Positions 50,578 to 59,827 of a stretch of 64,000 bases of DNA are shown here, piece after piece. Source of the stretch: a bacterium (GTDB taxonomy: Bacteria > UBA8248); contig OZ244799.1 of assembly GCA_965219955.1 (NCBI GenBank), positions 1,216,001 through 1,280,000 of the forward strand, written 5' to 3'. The position numbers were made by a program, and so were the translations under genes. A model generated the notes under the pieces. It had not been told where the DNA came from. It saw only the letters and a program-made list of their open reading frames with translations, and made no database searches. Each line of letters begins with the position of its first letter. Positions within the stretch are counted from its first letter, which is position 1.

Positions 50578-50927
50578 GGAGAGTTGATAAAGACCCGTGG
50601 AGCGATTTTGCTTGAGCGTACGTTTTTGAAGTTCACTCCCCCCTTGAGGGTCTGGCTTCCCGAGGGGAAAGCCAGACGAAGAGCTAAGGGCGCAAGCCCG
50701 AAAGCGATTCGGTGGGGGGTATAACTCGGACTGGCGATAAAACGCATTTTACCCCCCACCGAGTCAGCCTTCGCACAAACCGCTCGGCTTCCTCGACTCC
50801 CCCTCAAGGGGGGAGTGGTTGGTTGACGCTCTGCAAGGGAGGAATAAAGTTTCATCCCTCCATGGTCGGCTCCATACGTGGAATCACGAAATCAAGGCTT
50901 TCCAACAGCCCTCTCAAAGGGGAGTGA
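50578..50927. mobile_element. MITE-like element with a ~185-bp palindromic unit
   Basis: The left part gtggagcgatttt...ttttgaagttcactccccc is shared with 53613-53680. The inner unit is the inverse of 36900-37087. Right end tttccaacagccc. Confidence 0.68.
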
Positions 50928-51037
50928 ATTTCTTCTTTACTCGGTCGGGTTTGACCCCGACGCTTACAATGCCCGGGCATCCCTGTATAATCCTGCAGGA
51001 TAACAAGTCGCCGGTGAAACAAAATGGTGGGGGTTCA

Positions 51038-52459
51038 ATGAATTATCGCTTCATCCCGTCGATGCTTCTGATTTTGTCCATGAGTTTCGCCGCGCCTGCG
51101 CAGGCGAACCCGGACATCGATTTCATGAAAAAAATCGAGAGGGCGTTCACGCAGATAGCGCAAGGCGTCAAGCCGACGGTGGTGAGCATACGGGTCGAGA
51201 GAAAAAAGGGGACCGCGCAGCAAAATCCCCAGTCGCCCCATCCGAACATGCCGCAGTTCTCCTCGGGCTCGGGCGTCATCATCGATCCGGCGGGATATAT
51301 TCTCACGAACAATCACGTGATCAGCAATGCGCGAAGACTGCGCGTGCGCCTCTCGGACGAGTCCGCCTACTGGGGGAAAGTCGTCGGCACGGATCGTTAT
51401 ACCGATCTCGCGCTCATCAAAATCGAGCCGCACCGCAAGCTGCCCGTGGCGACGCTCGGAGATTCCGACAAGGTGAAGGTGGGCCAGTGGTCGATAGCCG
51501 TGGGCGATCCGTTCGGCATTACGAGGACGTTCACGGTGGGCGTCGTGAGCGGCATCGGGCGCAGCGGCGTCGGCATCGCGCGCTATGAGCACTTCATCCA
51601 GACGGACGCCGCCATCAACCGGGGCAACAGCGGCGGGCCTCTCGTGAACATCGACGGGGAGGTCATCGGCATCAACACGGCGATTCCGGCCCCCGGCAGC
51701 GGCATCGGGTTCGCCATTCCCGTCAACATGGCGAAAGGCGTCGTCAAATACCTGAGAAGAAGCGGAAATTTCCCGCGCGGTTACCTGGGCGTGACCATCC
51801 AGCCGGTCAGCCGGGACATGGCCTATCTGCTGGGACTTTCCCGCGCGAAAGGCGCGCTCGTGGGTTCCCTGCTCAAAGACGGGCCGGCGGAGGGAGCGGG
51901 CATCCGCATGGGGGACGTCATCGTCCGCCTCGGCGGCACGAGCGTCGTGGATACCTCCCATCTGCAGCGGCTCGTGGGCTGGACGCCGCCGGGAGAAGCC
52001 GTGGCCGTGGAGGTGATGCGCGACGCCCGGAGAAAAAAATTCATGGTCAAGCTGGTCCGCCTGCCGGAACCGGAAACGACGGGCAAGGCCGCAGGGAACA
52101 CCGGGGTCGATGAACCCGAGACCAGGAAAAGCTACGGCGTGGCGCTCGAGAACCTGACCGATGAGCTGAAGCAAAAAAGCAACTTGCAGACGGACGGCGG
52201 CGTGTACATCAGCGACGTGGAAGAGGGCAGCAGGGCCTATTACGACGGTTTGCGCGAGGGCATGGTGATACGCGGGCTGACGTATCGGCTGCCCGGAAAC
52301 GGGAAAACGCCGGTCCGCGTCGTGATCGAAAAGCTGGAGGACGTCGAAGGGTTGCTGAAAGAAATTCCCGCCGGTACGAACGTCCTTGGCCAGGTCGTGC
52401 GCGGGACCGACCGCGGGGAGCGGACATTTTTCACGGTGCTTCATGGCTTCAAACGCTAG
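51038..52459 (+). CDS. Do/HtrA family serine protease with PDZ domains
   Basis: Signal peptide. Motifs GSGVII, TNNHV, DLALIK, QTDAAINRGNSGGPL and two PDZ-like regions. Confidence 0.93.
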   Translation: MNYRFIPSMLLILSMSFAAPAQANPDIDFMKKIERAFTQIAQGVKPTVVSIRVERKKGTAQQNPQSPHPNMPQFSSGSGVIIDPAGYILTNNHVISNARRLRVRLSDESAYWGKVVGTDRYTDLALIKIEPHRKLPVATLGDSDKVKVGQWSIAVGDPFGITRTFTVGVVSGIGRSGVGIARYEHFIQTDAAINRGNSGGPLVNIDGEVIGINTAIPAPGSGIGFAIPVNMAKGVVKYLRRSGNFPRGYLGVTIQPVSRDMAYLLGLSRAKGALVGSLLKDGPAEGAGIRMGDVIVRLGGTSVVDTSHLQRLVGWTPPGEAVAVEVMRDARRKKFMVKLVRLPEPETTGKAAGNTGVDEPETRKSYGVALENLTDELKQKSNLQTDGGVYISDVEEGSRAYYDGLREGMVIRGLTYRLPGNGKTPVRVVIEKLEDVEGLLKEIPAGTNVLGQVVRGTDRGERTFFTVLHGFKR

Positions 52460-52493
52460 CTAACGGCTCAGGCCGCCTGAGGAGAGCATTCTT

Positions 52494-53576
52494 ATGCCGC
52501 AGATGAGAAGCGTCCTTTTCGCCTTGATCATCCTTGCCTTTCCGGCTCTTTCCGGCGCGAGCCCTGAAACCGAGATCCGCACCCTGCTGCCCAAAGACGG
52601 CATTCCCGCCATCGATGCACCCGAATACGCGAGCGTAAAAGATGCCGAGGGGTTCATGCAGCCGGGTGAGATGGTCATCGGCATCAACATCAACGGAGAG
52701 AAGCGGGCCTATTCCGTGCCCCTGCTCAGTTCACACGAGATCGTGAACGACGTCGTGGGAGGAAGCGCCGTCTCCGTGACGTGGTGACCGCTCTGCTATA
52801 CGGCCATCGTGTATGACCGTAACCTGGGCGGCAGGAAACTCTCTTTCGGCGTTTCGGGAAAACTCTGGAAAAACGTACTCATCATGTACGACCGCCAGAC
52901 GGACACGCTCTGGAGCCACCTGACGGGGGAAGGCCTCATCGGACCGCTCAAGGGGGAGCGCCTGGGGACGTTCCCCGCCGCCATGATGCGCTATTCGGAA
53001 TGGACGCAGCTCTATCCCGATACCCTGGTGCTCAAAAAAAAGCTGAAGGGGATGGGCGGCATGTTCCGCAGCTCCTCCCGGGACCCGTATGAGGGCTACT
53101 ACTACAGCGGGCAGACCGGCGTGATCCCCGAGAAATACCGGGACAACCGCTTGCATCCCAAAACCCTTCTGGTCGCCCTTGCGCTCGATTCCCCGGAAAA
53201 GAAAGGCGAGCAAATCGCCAAGGTGTATCCCTTCGCCGATCTGAACCGCGCCGGCGTGGTGAACGACCGCTTCGCAGGGCGTGACGTTCTGGTCACGTAC
53301 TGCGAGGGGGCGGGCACGGGGGTCGTTTTCGACCGCGTCCTGAAGGGCGAGACGCTGGAGTTCGAACTCATCACGAGCAAGGGAGCGAAGGGCGCCGCCG
53401 CCTGCCGGTTCATGAAGGACAGGAAAACGGGTTCGCGCTGGCAGCGCCTGACCGGCCTCGCCGTGGACGGGCCGATGAAAGGCGCCAGATTGAACCAGCT
53501 TTCCACGACGCTCGCGTTCTGGTTCGGCTGGAAGGATTATTTTCCCAAGAGCGTGATCTACCGCCACCCGAAATAG
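52494..53576 (+). CDS. DUF3179 family exported selenoprotein (U-P-L-C)
   Basis: Signal peptide, KDGIPAID, HEIVND, then VTW-TGA(52785-52787)-PLCYT in frame with FGVSGKL and MYDRQTDTLWS. Joins two ORFs of the track. Confidence 0.9.
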
Positions 53577-53612
53577 TGGGATGAACCTGAAGCCCATGAG
53601 CCGGACGCCTGC

Positions 53613-53874
53613 GGGATTGTTGAAAAAGCCCTGTGGAGCGATTTTGGCTGATCGCAAGCTTTTGAAGTTCACTCCCCCCTCAAGGGGGGAGTGATTTTTC
53701 TCTCCTTGGGCTTTTTCAATAGCCCCTCAAGGGGAGGGAATCCCGATTATCGAATTGTTTGCCGTAGGGACAGGCCTCCGTGCCTGTCCTGACGAAGGAC
53801 AACCACGGAGGGCAGGACAACCCTTTTAGGTTGTTCTGCTACAAAATCATCACGAAGGTTTTTCAGCAGCCCCC
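53613..53874. mobile_element. Short MITE-like element plus a GTAG-type REP pair
   Basis: gggattgttgaaaaagccc ... gggctttttcaatagcccc (53613-53726), then gtagggacaggc...aggacaacc and a second right end at about 53857-53874. Confidence 0.68.
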
Positions 53875-53939
53875 ATGTTGTGCAGCTCATTTGAAACGCT
53901 TGCGCACGACCCACAGCCGCCTGGTAAGGAAACAGAAAT

Positions 53940-54710
53940 TTGAACCCCGTCATATTCGAAATCGGACCGTTCGCGCTTCGCTGGTATGGACTCATGTACG
54001 TCGCCGCCGTGCTGGCCGGCGTCTGGCTGGTGCGGAGGGAAGCCGCGCGCAAGGGGATGCCCATCACGCCGGATGAGGTGATGAACTTCGGCCTCCTCGT
54101 CATGTTCGCCGGCATCCTGGGCGGGAGAGCCTATTACGTCCTCTTCAACTGGGAGTTTTACCAGAGCGCCTTGTGGGAGGTCTTCGCCATCTGGAAAGGG
54201 GGCCTCGCCATACACGGCGGCCTCGTCGGGGGCGTGCTGGCCGGCTATCTTTACTTGAGGAACCACGCCGTATCCACCTGGGAGTTCGCCGACGCGGTGG
54301 CGCCCGCCGTCATGCTCGGCCAGGTGTTCGGGCGCTTCGGCAACTTCATGAACGGCGATGCGCACGGCGTGCCGACGTCGATGCCCTGGGGCGTGGAGTT
54401 TCCGATGACCTCCATCGCGGGCCGGGAATTCCCCGGACAGGCGACGCACCCCGTGATGATATACGAGCTTCTCCTGAACCTCCTGTGGTTCTTCATCCTG
54501 AGACGCTTGCGGCTCACGAACCACAAAGCGGGCTTCATCTTCTGCCTCTACTTCGTTCTCTACTCCCTCGGGCGCGCCGCCGTGAGCGGTTTCCGCGCGG
54601 ACAGCCTCTGGTTCGGCCCGGTGCGCGCCGCCTATCTCGCGAGCGCAGTGCTCGTCGTGGTGTTCGGGGCGATCATCGTGCGGTGGCGGATGTGGGAGCG
54701 GGAGGGATAG
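53940..54710 (+). CDS. lgt: Prolipoprotein diacylglyceryl transferase
   Basis: Motifs RWYGLMY, GGRAYYV, IWKGGLAIHGG, GRFGNFMNG, HPVMIYE. Confidence 0.95.
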   Translation: MNPVIFEIGPFALRWYGLMYVAAVLAGVWLVRREAARKGMPITPDEVMNFGLLVMFAGILGGRAYYVLFNWEFYQSALWEVFAIWKGGLAIHGGLVGGVLAGYLYLRNHAVSTWEFADAVAPAVMLGQVFGRFGNFMNGDAHGVPTSMPWGVEFPMTSIAGREFPGQATHPVMIYELLLNLLWFFILRRLRLTNHKAGFIFCLYFVLYSLGRAAVSGFRADSLWFGPVRAAYLASAVLVVVFGAIIVRWRMWEREG

Positions 54711-54819
54711 AATTCGTGAAAATTTTACGCAGTATCGCCTGCGCTATATTGACTGATTGGATAAATATATGGGATACTTCCTTTCCTGATACGTTAGACC
54801 ACGAAAGGAGATGCCGAGG

Positions 54820-55092
54820 ATGCAGGTATTTGTAGCCTTCAACATCTCTGACCCGGCACTGGTAAGAAAGAAACTGGAACAGCGGTATAGCGGCCGGTAT
54901 TATGACGATGACAATACTTTTTTTGTTGCTACGGAGGGGGAAACTACCCGACAGCTGGCTTCAAAAATTGGCCTCGGAGATGAAGAACCTGCAACTTCGG
55001 GAATCGTTATTCCTGTAACAAATTATTGGGGACGCTATAACTCGGAAGTTTGGGAATGGATCAGCGTGAAGTTGAGCGCCAATGGAAGGTAA
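54820..55092 (+). CDS. Small hypothetical protein, possible Cas2/VapD-like ferredoxin fold
   Basis: RBS AAAGGAG 9 nt before the ATG. 90 aa, AT-rich codons, C-terminal YWG...WEW. Confidence 0.55.
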   Translation: MQVFVAFNISDPALVRKKLEQRYSGRYYDDDNTFFVATEGETTRQLASKIGLGDEEPATSGIVIPVTNYWGRYNSEVWEWISVKLSANGR

Positions 55093-55336
55093 GGGTAGTG
55101 TCAGCCCGGAAAATATCGGGCCCAGACAGCCGACAACTCCACCTCCGAATGACTCAAATTGGGTTATGCACGCCATCAGTCAGCTTAATGGAAGGATTGA
55201 TAAAATAGACGAACGGCTGCGCGCCGTCGAAAACAAGATCAGCAAAGCCATGGGCTGGGGAACGGCAATGTTTCTCTTGTTGATTGTGATTCAAATTGTA
55301 TTGAAATTCGCCAACATCTCAATTTCTGTCAATTAA
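55082..55336 (+). CDS. Small coiled-coil protein with a C-terminal TM helix (XhlA-like architecture)
   Basis: Heptads LNGRIDKIDERLRAVENKI followed by a hydrophobic helix. Overlaps the upstream gene. Confidence 0.55.
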   Translation: MEGKGSVSPENIGPRQPTTPPPNDSNWVMHAISQLNGRIDKIDERLRAVENKISKAMGWGTAMFLLLIVIQIVLKFANISISVN

Positions 55337-55453
55337 ACCGCAATTCTCGCCGAGCATATTCGAGGCATTCCCTGAGAAAGCCGGATTCGCCGGCAAATGG
55401 ATAAAACTTTCAGGTCCGAGCAAGATTCCTGCGAGATGAAAGATTTGCGAACC

Positions 55454-55681
55454 GTAGGGACAACCCTCCGTGGTTGTCCTTTTTCAGGATGGATGCAATC
55501 AGCGTAGGCACGGGGGCCTTTCCCTACGGGACCCCAATCCCCTCATCCTGAGCAGGCGCGCGAGCGCCGTATCGAAGGATGCTCGTTGCCTCTTTCCTCG
55601 GTGCGCGCCCTTCGATACGCGGCTTCGCCGCTACTCAGGGTGAAGGGTGTCGGGAGGCGGATTTCGGAAGTGCGCCCCTAC
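55454..55681. repeat. Cluster of GTAG-type and cctgag/tatcgaagg-type REP pairs
   Basis: gtagggacaacc...tccctac, then ctcatcctgagcagg...tatcgaagg / ccttcgata...ctactcagggtga. Confidence 0.7.
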
Positions 55682-55809
55682 GGGATCCATTATTCTCTTA
55701 CAAAAAATTTTCACCTTATCCCGGGAGATTTATCGAACATTTTTGGGTAAGATTACGCAAATTTCCCCTTTTCAACCCATCACCCGAGTCAAAACTGGAG
55801 AGCAAAGAC

Positions 55810-56529
55810 ATGGCAATTCGCATCGTGGATTTATCGCAGGAGATTTATGACGGCATGCCCGTCTATCCCGGGCACCAGCGGACGGGGGTGTTCCCCAACA
55901 AGACGCACGCGGAGACGGCCAAGGCCTATGCGAATTCGCCCTCGGGCCATACCTCGACGACGAACTGCCTCGTGATGAGCGACCACGGCCCCACGCACGT
56001 GGACGCCTTCTACCACATCGACAAGGACGGGGAGACCATCGACGAACTGGGCCTCGAGTGGTTCTACAACGAGGCGATTTGCCTGGACTTGTCGAAATTC
56101 TGCAACACCGAGGACTGGATGGAGCCGGCCGATCTGGAAAAGGCGTGCGCGGAGGCGAATCTGGAAGTCCCCGACAAGGGCAGCGTACTCATCTGGACGG
56201 GCCACTACGAGGCGAACTACGGCGGCGATTTTCACACCTGGCTCCACACGTATCCGGGCTTGAGTGAGGCGGCGATGGACTGGCTTGCGGACAGGGGCTG
56301 CATCAACGTGGGCATCGATTCGCCCAGCATCGATTCTTCCCAGGCCTTCCGAGACAAGGGCTACTGGGCGCACAAAGTCTGCCGGGAGCGCAAGGTGCTG
56401 AACGTGGAGAACCTCGGGAACCTGAAAGAGGTGGTGAACACGAAATTCATCTTCTCCTGCCTGCCGCTCAAGATTCGGGGCGGAACTGGTTCGCCCATTC
56501 GCGCCGTGGCGATTTATCACGGCGAGTGA
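55810..56529 (+). CDS. Cyclase family metal-dependent amidohydrolase (kynurenine formamidase-like)
   Basis: Motifs DLSQ, HGPTHVDAFYH, GIDSPSID, VENL, LPLKIRGGTGSPIRA. Confidence 0.9.
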   Translation: MAIRIVDLSQEIYDGMPVYPGHQRTGVFPNKTHAETAKAYANSPSGHTSTTNCLVMSDHGPTHVDAFYHIDKDGETIDELGLEWFYNEAICLDLSKFCNTEDWMEPADLEKACAEANLEVPDKGSVLIWTGHYEANYGGDFHTWLHTYPGLSEAAMDWLADRGCINVGIDSPSIDSSQAFRDKGYWAHKVCRERKVLNVENLGNLKEVVNTKFIFSCLPLKIRGGTGSPIRAVAIYHGE

Positions 56530-56530
56530 T

Positions 56531-57949
56531 ATGACGGCATTCCTGCGCGCGGCGGCGAACGTTCTCGTTCACGCTCCCGATCTGGTTCGCTACGGCTCGA
56601 AGCCCTGGCGCGAAACGTTAAGCAGCAATCAGGCTCCGGGTGACGTATTCGCCGATCTGCGCACTTTTGACGAGGTGGCCGGCTACCCGCCGAACCAGGC
56701 ATTCATCGGCAATCTGCCGCCCGAAAATCTGGGCGAAATACCGGCTCCGTGGTACGAGAATCCCCTCGCAGGCGCTTCGCCCGAGGGCCATTTTGGGGAA
56801 ATCCTCCCGCAGGATGCTTTCTACGCGCTTCTGGAAGCCGCCGATCAGTTCGGGTTGATCATGCTCGATAAGGAGCGCCCCGTTCCGGGCGCCATGGGTT
56901 CTGAGGCGGTCGCTGCGCTTCTCGAAAGGGAAAAACCTCCCAGGGAATACAAGCAAGCAGAGGTTTCAGGGCGCATCGAGGGAGGCGAGGCCCTGCCGCT
57001 TTTTCAGGATGGGGATCTAATAGGGTGCGTTCGGCGCGATCACGATTCGGACGAGTCGCTGGATGCCCGGATTCTCCTGGAAAACCTCTCGGCCAAGGCA
57101 AGCGGCGCGTATGCGCTCAGTCATCTTCTCGTGAAGGAAAAGGTCGCTCCTGATGCGATTGAGTATGTCATCAGTTGCTCGGAGGAGGCGGTCGGGGATC
57201 GCTACAATCGCGGCGGCGGCAATCTCGCCAAAACCATCGCCGAGATGGCGGGCTGCGCCAATGCGGCCGGCGTGGATGTGAAGTCCTTCTGCGCGGCGCC
57301 GGTGTATGCGCTCGTGCACGCGGCGGCCCTCATAGAGTCAGGCGTCGTTGAAAACGCCGTCGTCGTCGGAGGCGGTTCGATGGCGAAGCTCGGCATGAAG
57401 GCGTATTTCCACCTCGAAAAGGGGGTGCCCGTCCTGGAAGACGTACTGGGTGGTGTGGCGTTCTTGCTCACGAAAAACCCGGAAGACGGCCCCCGTGTGA
57501 ATCTCGAAGTCGCAGGACGCCACGCGGCGGGCAGGCCCTCCACGCCGCAAGGGCTGGCGGAGGCGCTCGTGCGCGACCCGCTGGCGCGAGCCGGGCGCAA
57601 GATAAGCAGCGTCGATAAGTACGCCGTCGAACTGCATAATCCCGAAATCATGCTGCCGGCGGGGGCGGGAGACGTGGCGGCTACGAACTACAGGATGCTG
57701 GCCGCCATGGCGGTCATGGGCGGGGAGATCGCCCGCGAGGAGATACCGGATTTCGTCGAAACGCACGGGATGCCCGGTTTCGCGCCCACGCAGGGGCACA
57801 TTCCCGCGGGCGTTCCCTTTCTCGGCCATGCGCTCGAGAGGATGCGGGCAGGAAGCCTACGGAGTACAATGGTCGTCGCCAAAGGGAGTCTGTTTCTGGG
57901 CCGGATGTCCCGGCAGGCCGACGGGGCTTCGGTGCTGATAGAAGCGTGA
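56531..57949 (+). CDS. grdC: Glycine/sarcosine/betaine reductase component C beta subunit
   Basis: Motifs [60 protein letters not shown]. Confidence 0.9.
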   Translation: MTAFLRAAANVLVHAPDLVRYGSKPWRETLSSNQAPGDVFADLRTFDEVAGYPPNQAFIGNLPPENLGEIPAPWYENPLAGASPEGHFGEILPQDAFYALLEAADQFGLIMLDKERPVPGAMGSEAVAALLEREKPPREYKQAEVSGRIEGGEALPLFQDGDLIGCVRRDHDSDESLDARILLENLSAKASGAYALSHLLVKEKVAPDAIEYVISCSEEAVGDRYNRGGGNLAKTIAEMAGCANAAGVDVKSFCAAPVYALVHAAALIESGVVENAVVVGGGSMAKLGMKAYFHLEKGVPVLEDVLGGVAFLLTKNPEDGPRVNLEVAGRHAAGRPSTPQGLAEALVRDPLARAGRKISSVDKYAVELHNPEIMLPAGAGDVAATNYRMLAAMAVMGGEIAREEIPDFVETHGMPGFAPTQGHIPAGVPFLGHALERMRAGSLRSTMVVAKGSLFLGRMSRQADGASVLIEA

Positions 57950-57984
57950 TTCATTCGTTTTTTGTAAGAAAGTGGAGGAAATCC

Positions 57985-58437
57985 ATGTTCGAAGGAAAGA
58001 AGGTGATCGCGCTGGGCGAGCGCGACGGCGTTCCCGGCCCGCTGATCGCCGAGTGCCTCGAGGCGGCGGGTGCGGAGGTCGTATTCCAGAAGACGGAGTG
58101 TTTCGTCTGAACCTCCGCGGGCGCCATGGACCTGGAGAACCAGGCCGCCATCAAGTCGATCGCGGATGATATCGGGTCGGAGAACCTGATGGTGGTATTG
58201 GGAATGCCCGGTGAAGGCCTTCGGCTCGCCGTCGAAACGCTGACCACCGGAGACCCGAGCTGGGCCGGGCCCCTGGCGGGAGTCTCGTTGGGACTCCCCG
58301 TTTATCATATCCTGGAAGAAAGGGTGCGAACCGGGATTCCCGAAGACGTTTACGCCGATAAGCTGCTCATGATGGAGATGGTGCTCGATTTGCCGCAGAT
58401 AGAAAGCGACCTCGCCGATATGCGCGCGGCCGGGTAG
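57985..58437 (+). CDS. grdA: Glycine/sarcosine/betaine reductase selenoprotein A
   Basis: RBS GGAGG. Reads [18 protein letters not shown]...TECFV-TGA(58108-58110)[11 protein letters not shown]...[16 protein letters not shown]. Confidence 0.95.
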
Positions 58438-58446
58438 AGGGAGAGG

Positions 58447-59730
58447 ATGTCCATGCGACTCGAAATGGGTTTATTTCCCGTTTCCAGAATCATCATCGGG
58501 AAGTGCTTCGATTACAAAGACGAAACGCTCACCGTGGACGCCGATGAACTCCGCGAACTGGCGCTCGAAGAAGGCGACCTCAAGGACGCGCGCTTTCACG
58601 CCGCCATGCCGGGCGATTCCGCCCGCATCACGAACGTCCTGGACGCTGTGGAGCCGCTCTACAAGGTGAGCGGGCGATCGTGCGCATTTCCGGGGTTTCT
58701 CGGCCCGGCGAAGACCGCAGGAGAGGGCCGCACCCACAAGCTGGCCGGCATGTGCGTCATCAGCTCCACCCGTTTTCTCGGCCCCATGACGGGCATCATG
58801 ACTTTCCGGGAAGGGATCATCGACATGTCCGGTCCCGGAGCGACCCACTGCACGAATTCGGAAACCGCGAACCTCGTCGCCTGCTACGAGCCGCTGGAGA
58901 ACGCATCGAACGAAGCGCACGACGACGCCGTCCGCCTGGCGACGCTTAAAATCGCGTCCCGGCTGGCCGAGCGCACGGCGGAGCTCGAACCCGTCAGGCT
59001 TGAAACCTTCGAACTTGGCGACGTTGACCCCGATCTCCCCCGGGTCGTCTTCGTCGATCAGGTCATGCACCAGGCGTCCATGGTGCAGACGTTCATGTAC
59101 GGCAAGAACCTGGGGGATTCGCTGCCCACGCTCATTCACCCCAACGAGATGCTCGACGGCGCGGTGGTGGGGGCGAACTACAAGACGCAGCAGAAGGCGC
59201 CGACCTACCTCCACTGCAACATGCCGCTCATCTACGAACTCTACCGCCGCCACGGGGTGGACCTGAATTTCGCGGGGGTGATCATCACGCGCGGCCACCA
59301 CGACAACCAGGCACTCAAGGAGCGCTCGGGGCAGTACGTGGCCAAGCTCGCCACCTTACTCAAGGCGGACGGCGCGGTCCTCGCCTTCGAGGGCGGCGGG
59401 AACTCCACGGTGGACTATTGGCTCACCGTTCAGGCGCTCGAGCAAATGGGCGTGCGCGCCGTTCCGATCATCTACGAGGTGGGCCGGCCCGGTTCGGGCG
59501 AGTTCCCGCTCGTCTTTCACGTGCCCGAGGCCGACGCCGTCATCTCCAAGGGCATGCAGGGGGAGCGCATCGACGCCCCGGCGATGGAGCGGGTCATCGG
59601 CTCCGAAGTCGTCGAGTTCTATAACGGCAAGAGCGTCAACACCCGCGAGGCCTTCACCCTGGCCGACAGTGACTACTACGCCAGCGAGTGGGCGAAGGAC
59701 ATCAACAACATGGTGGGCAAGGATTATTGA
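58447..59730 (+). CDS. Reductase component B proprotein subunit (GrdE/GrdG/GrdI-like)
   Basis: Motifs MRLEMG, PGDSARI, GEGRTH, EGIIDMSGPGA, PTLIHPNEMLDGA, HGVDLNF, EGGGN. Confidence 0.88.
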   Translation: MSMRLEMGLFPVSRIIIGKCFDYKDETLTVDADELRELALEEGDLKDARFHAAMPGDSARITNVLDAVEPLYKVSGRSCAFPGFLGPAKTAGEGRTHKLAGMCVISSTRFLGPMTGIMTFREGIIDMSGPGATHCTNSETANLVACYEPLENASNEAHDDAVRLATLKIASRLAERTAELEPVRLETFELGDVDPDLPRVVFVDQVMHQASMVQTFMYGKNLGDSLPTLIHPNEMLDGAVVGANYKTQQKAPTYLHCNMPLIYELYRRHGVDLNFAGVIITRGHHDNQALKERSGQYVAKLATLLKADGAVLAFEGGGNSTVDYWLTVQALEQMGVRAVPIIYEVGRPGSGEFPLVFHVPEADAVISKGMQGERIDAPAMERVIGSEVVEFYNGKSVNTREAFTLADSDYYASEWAKDINNMVGKDY

Positions 59731-59827
59731 GGCGGGAGCTTTGTCCAGCGAGATATTCGCCCAAACGGGTGTCCGCCATGTTCACTGAGATATTGATTGG
59801 AATGAATTCATATCAGGAGGCCAGGCC

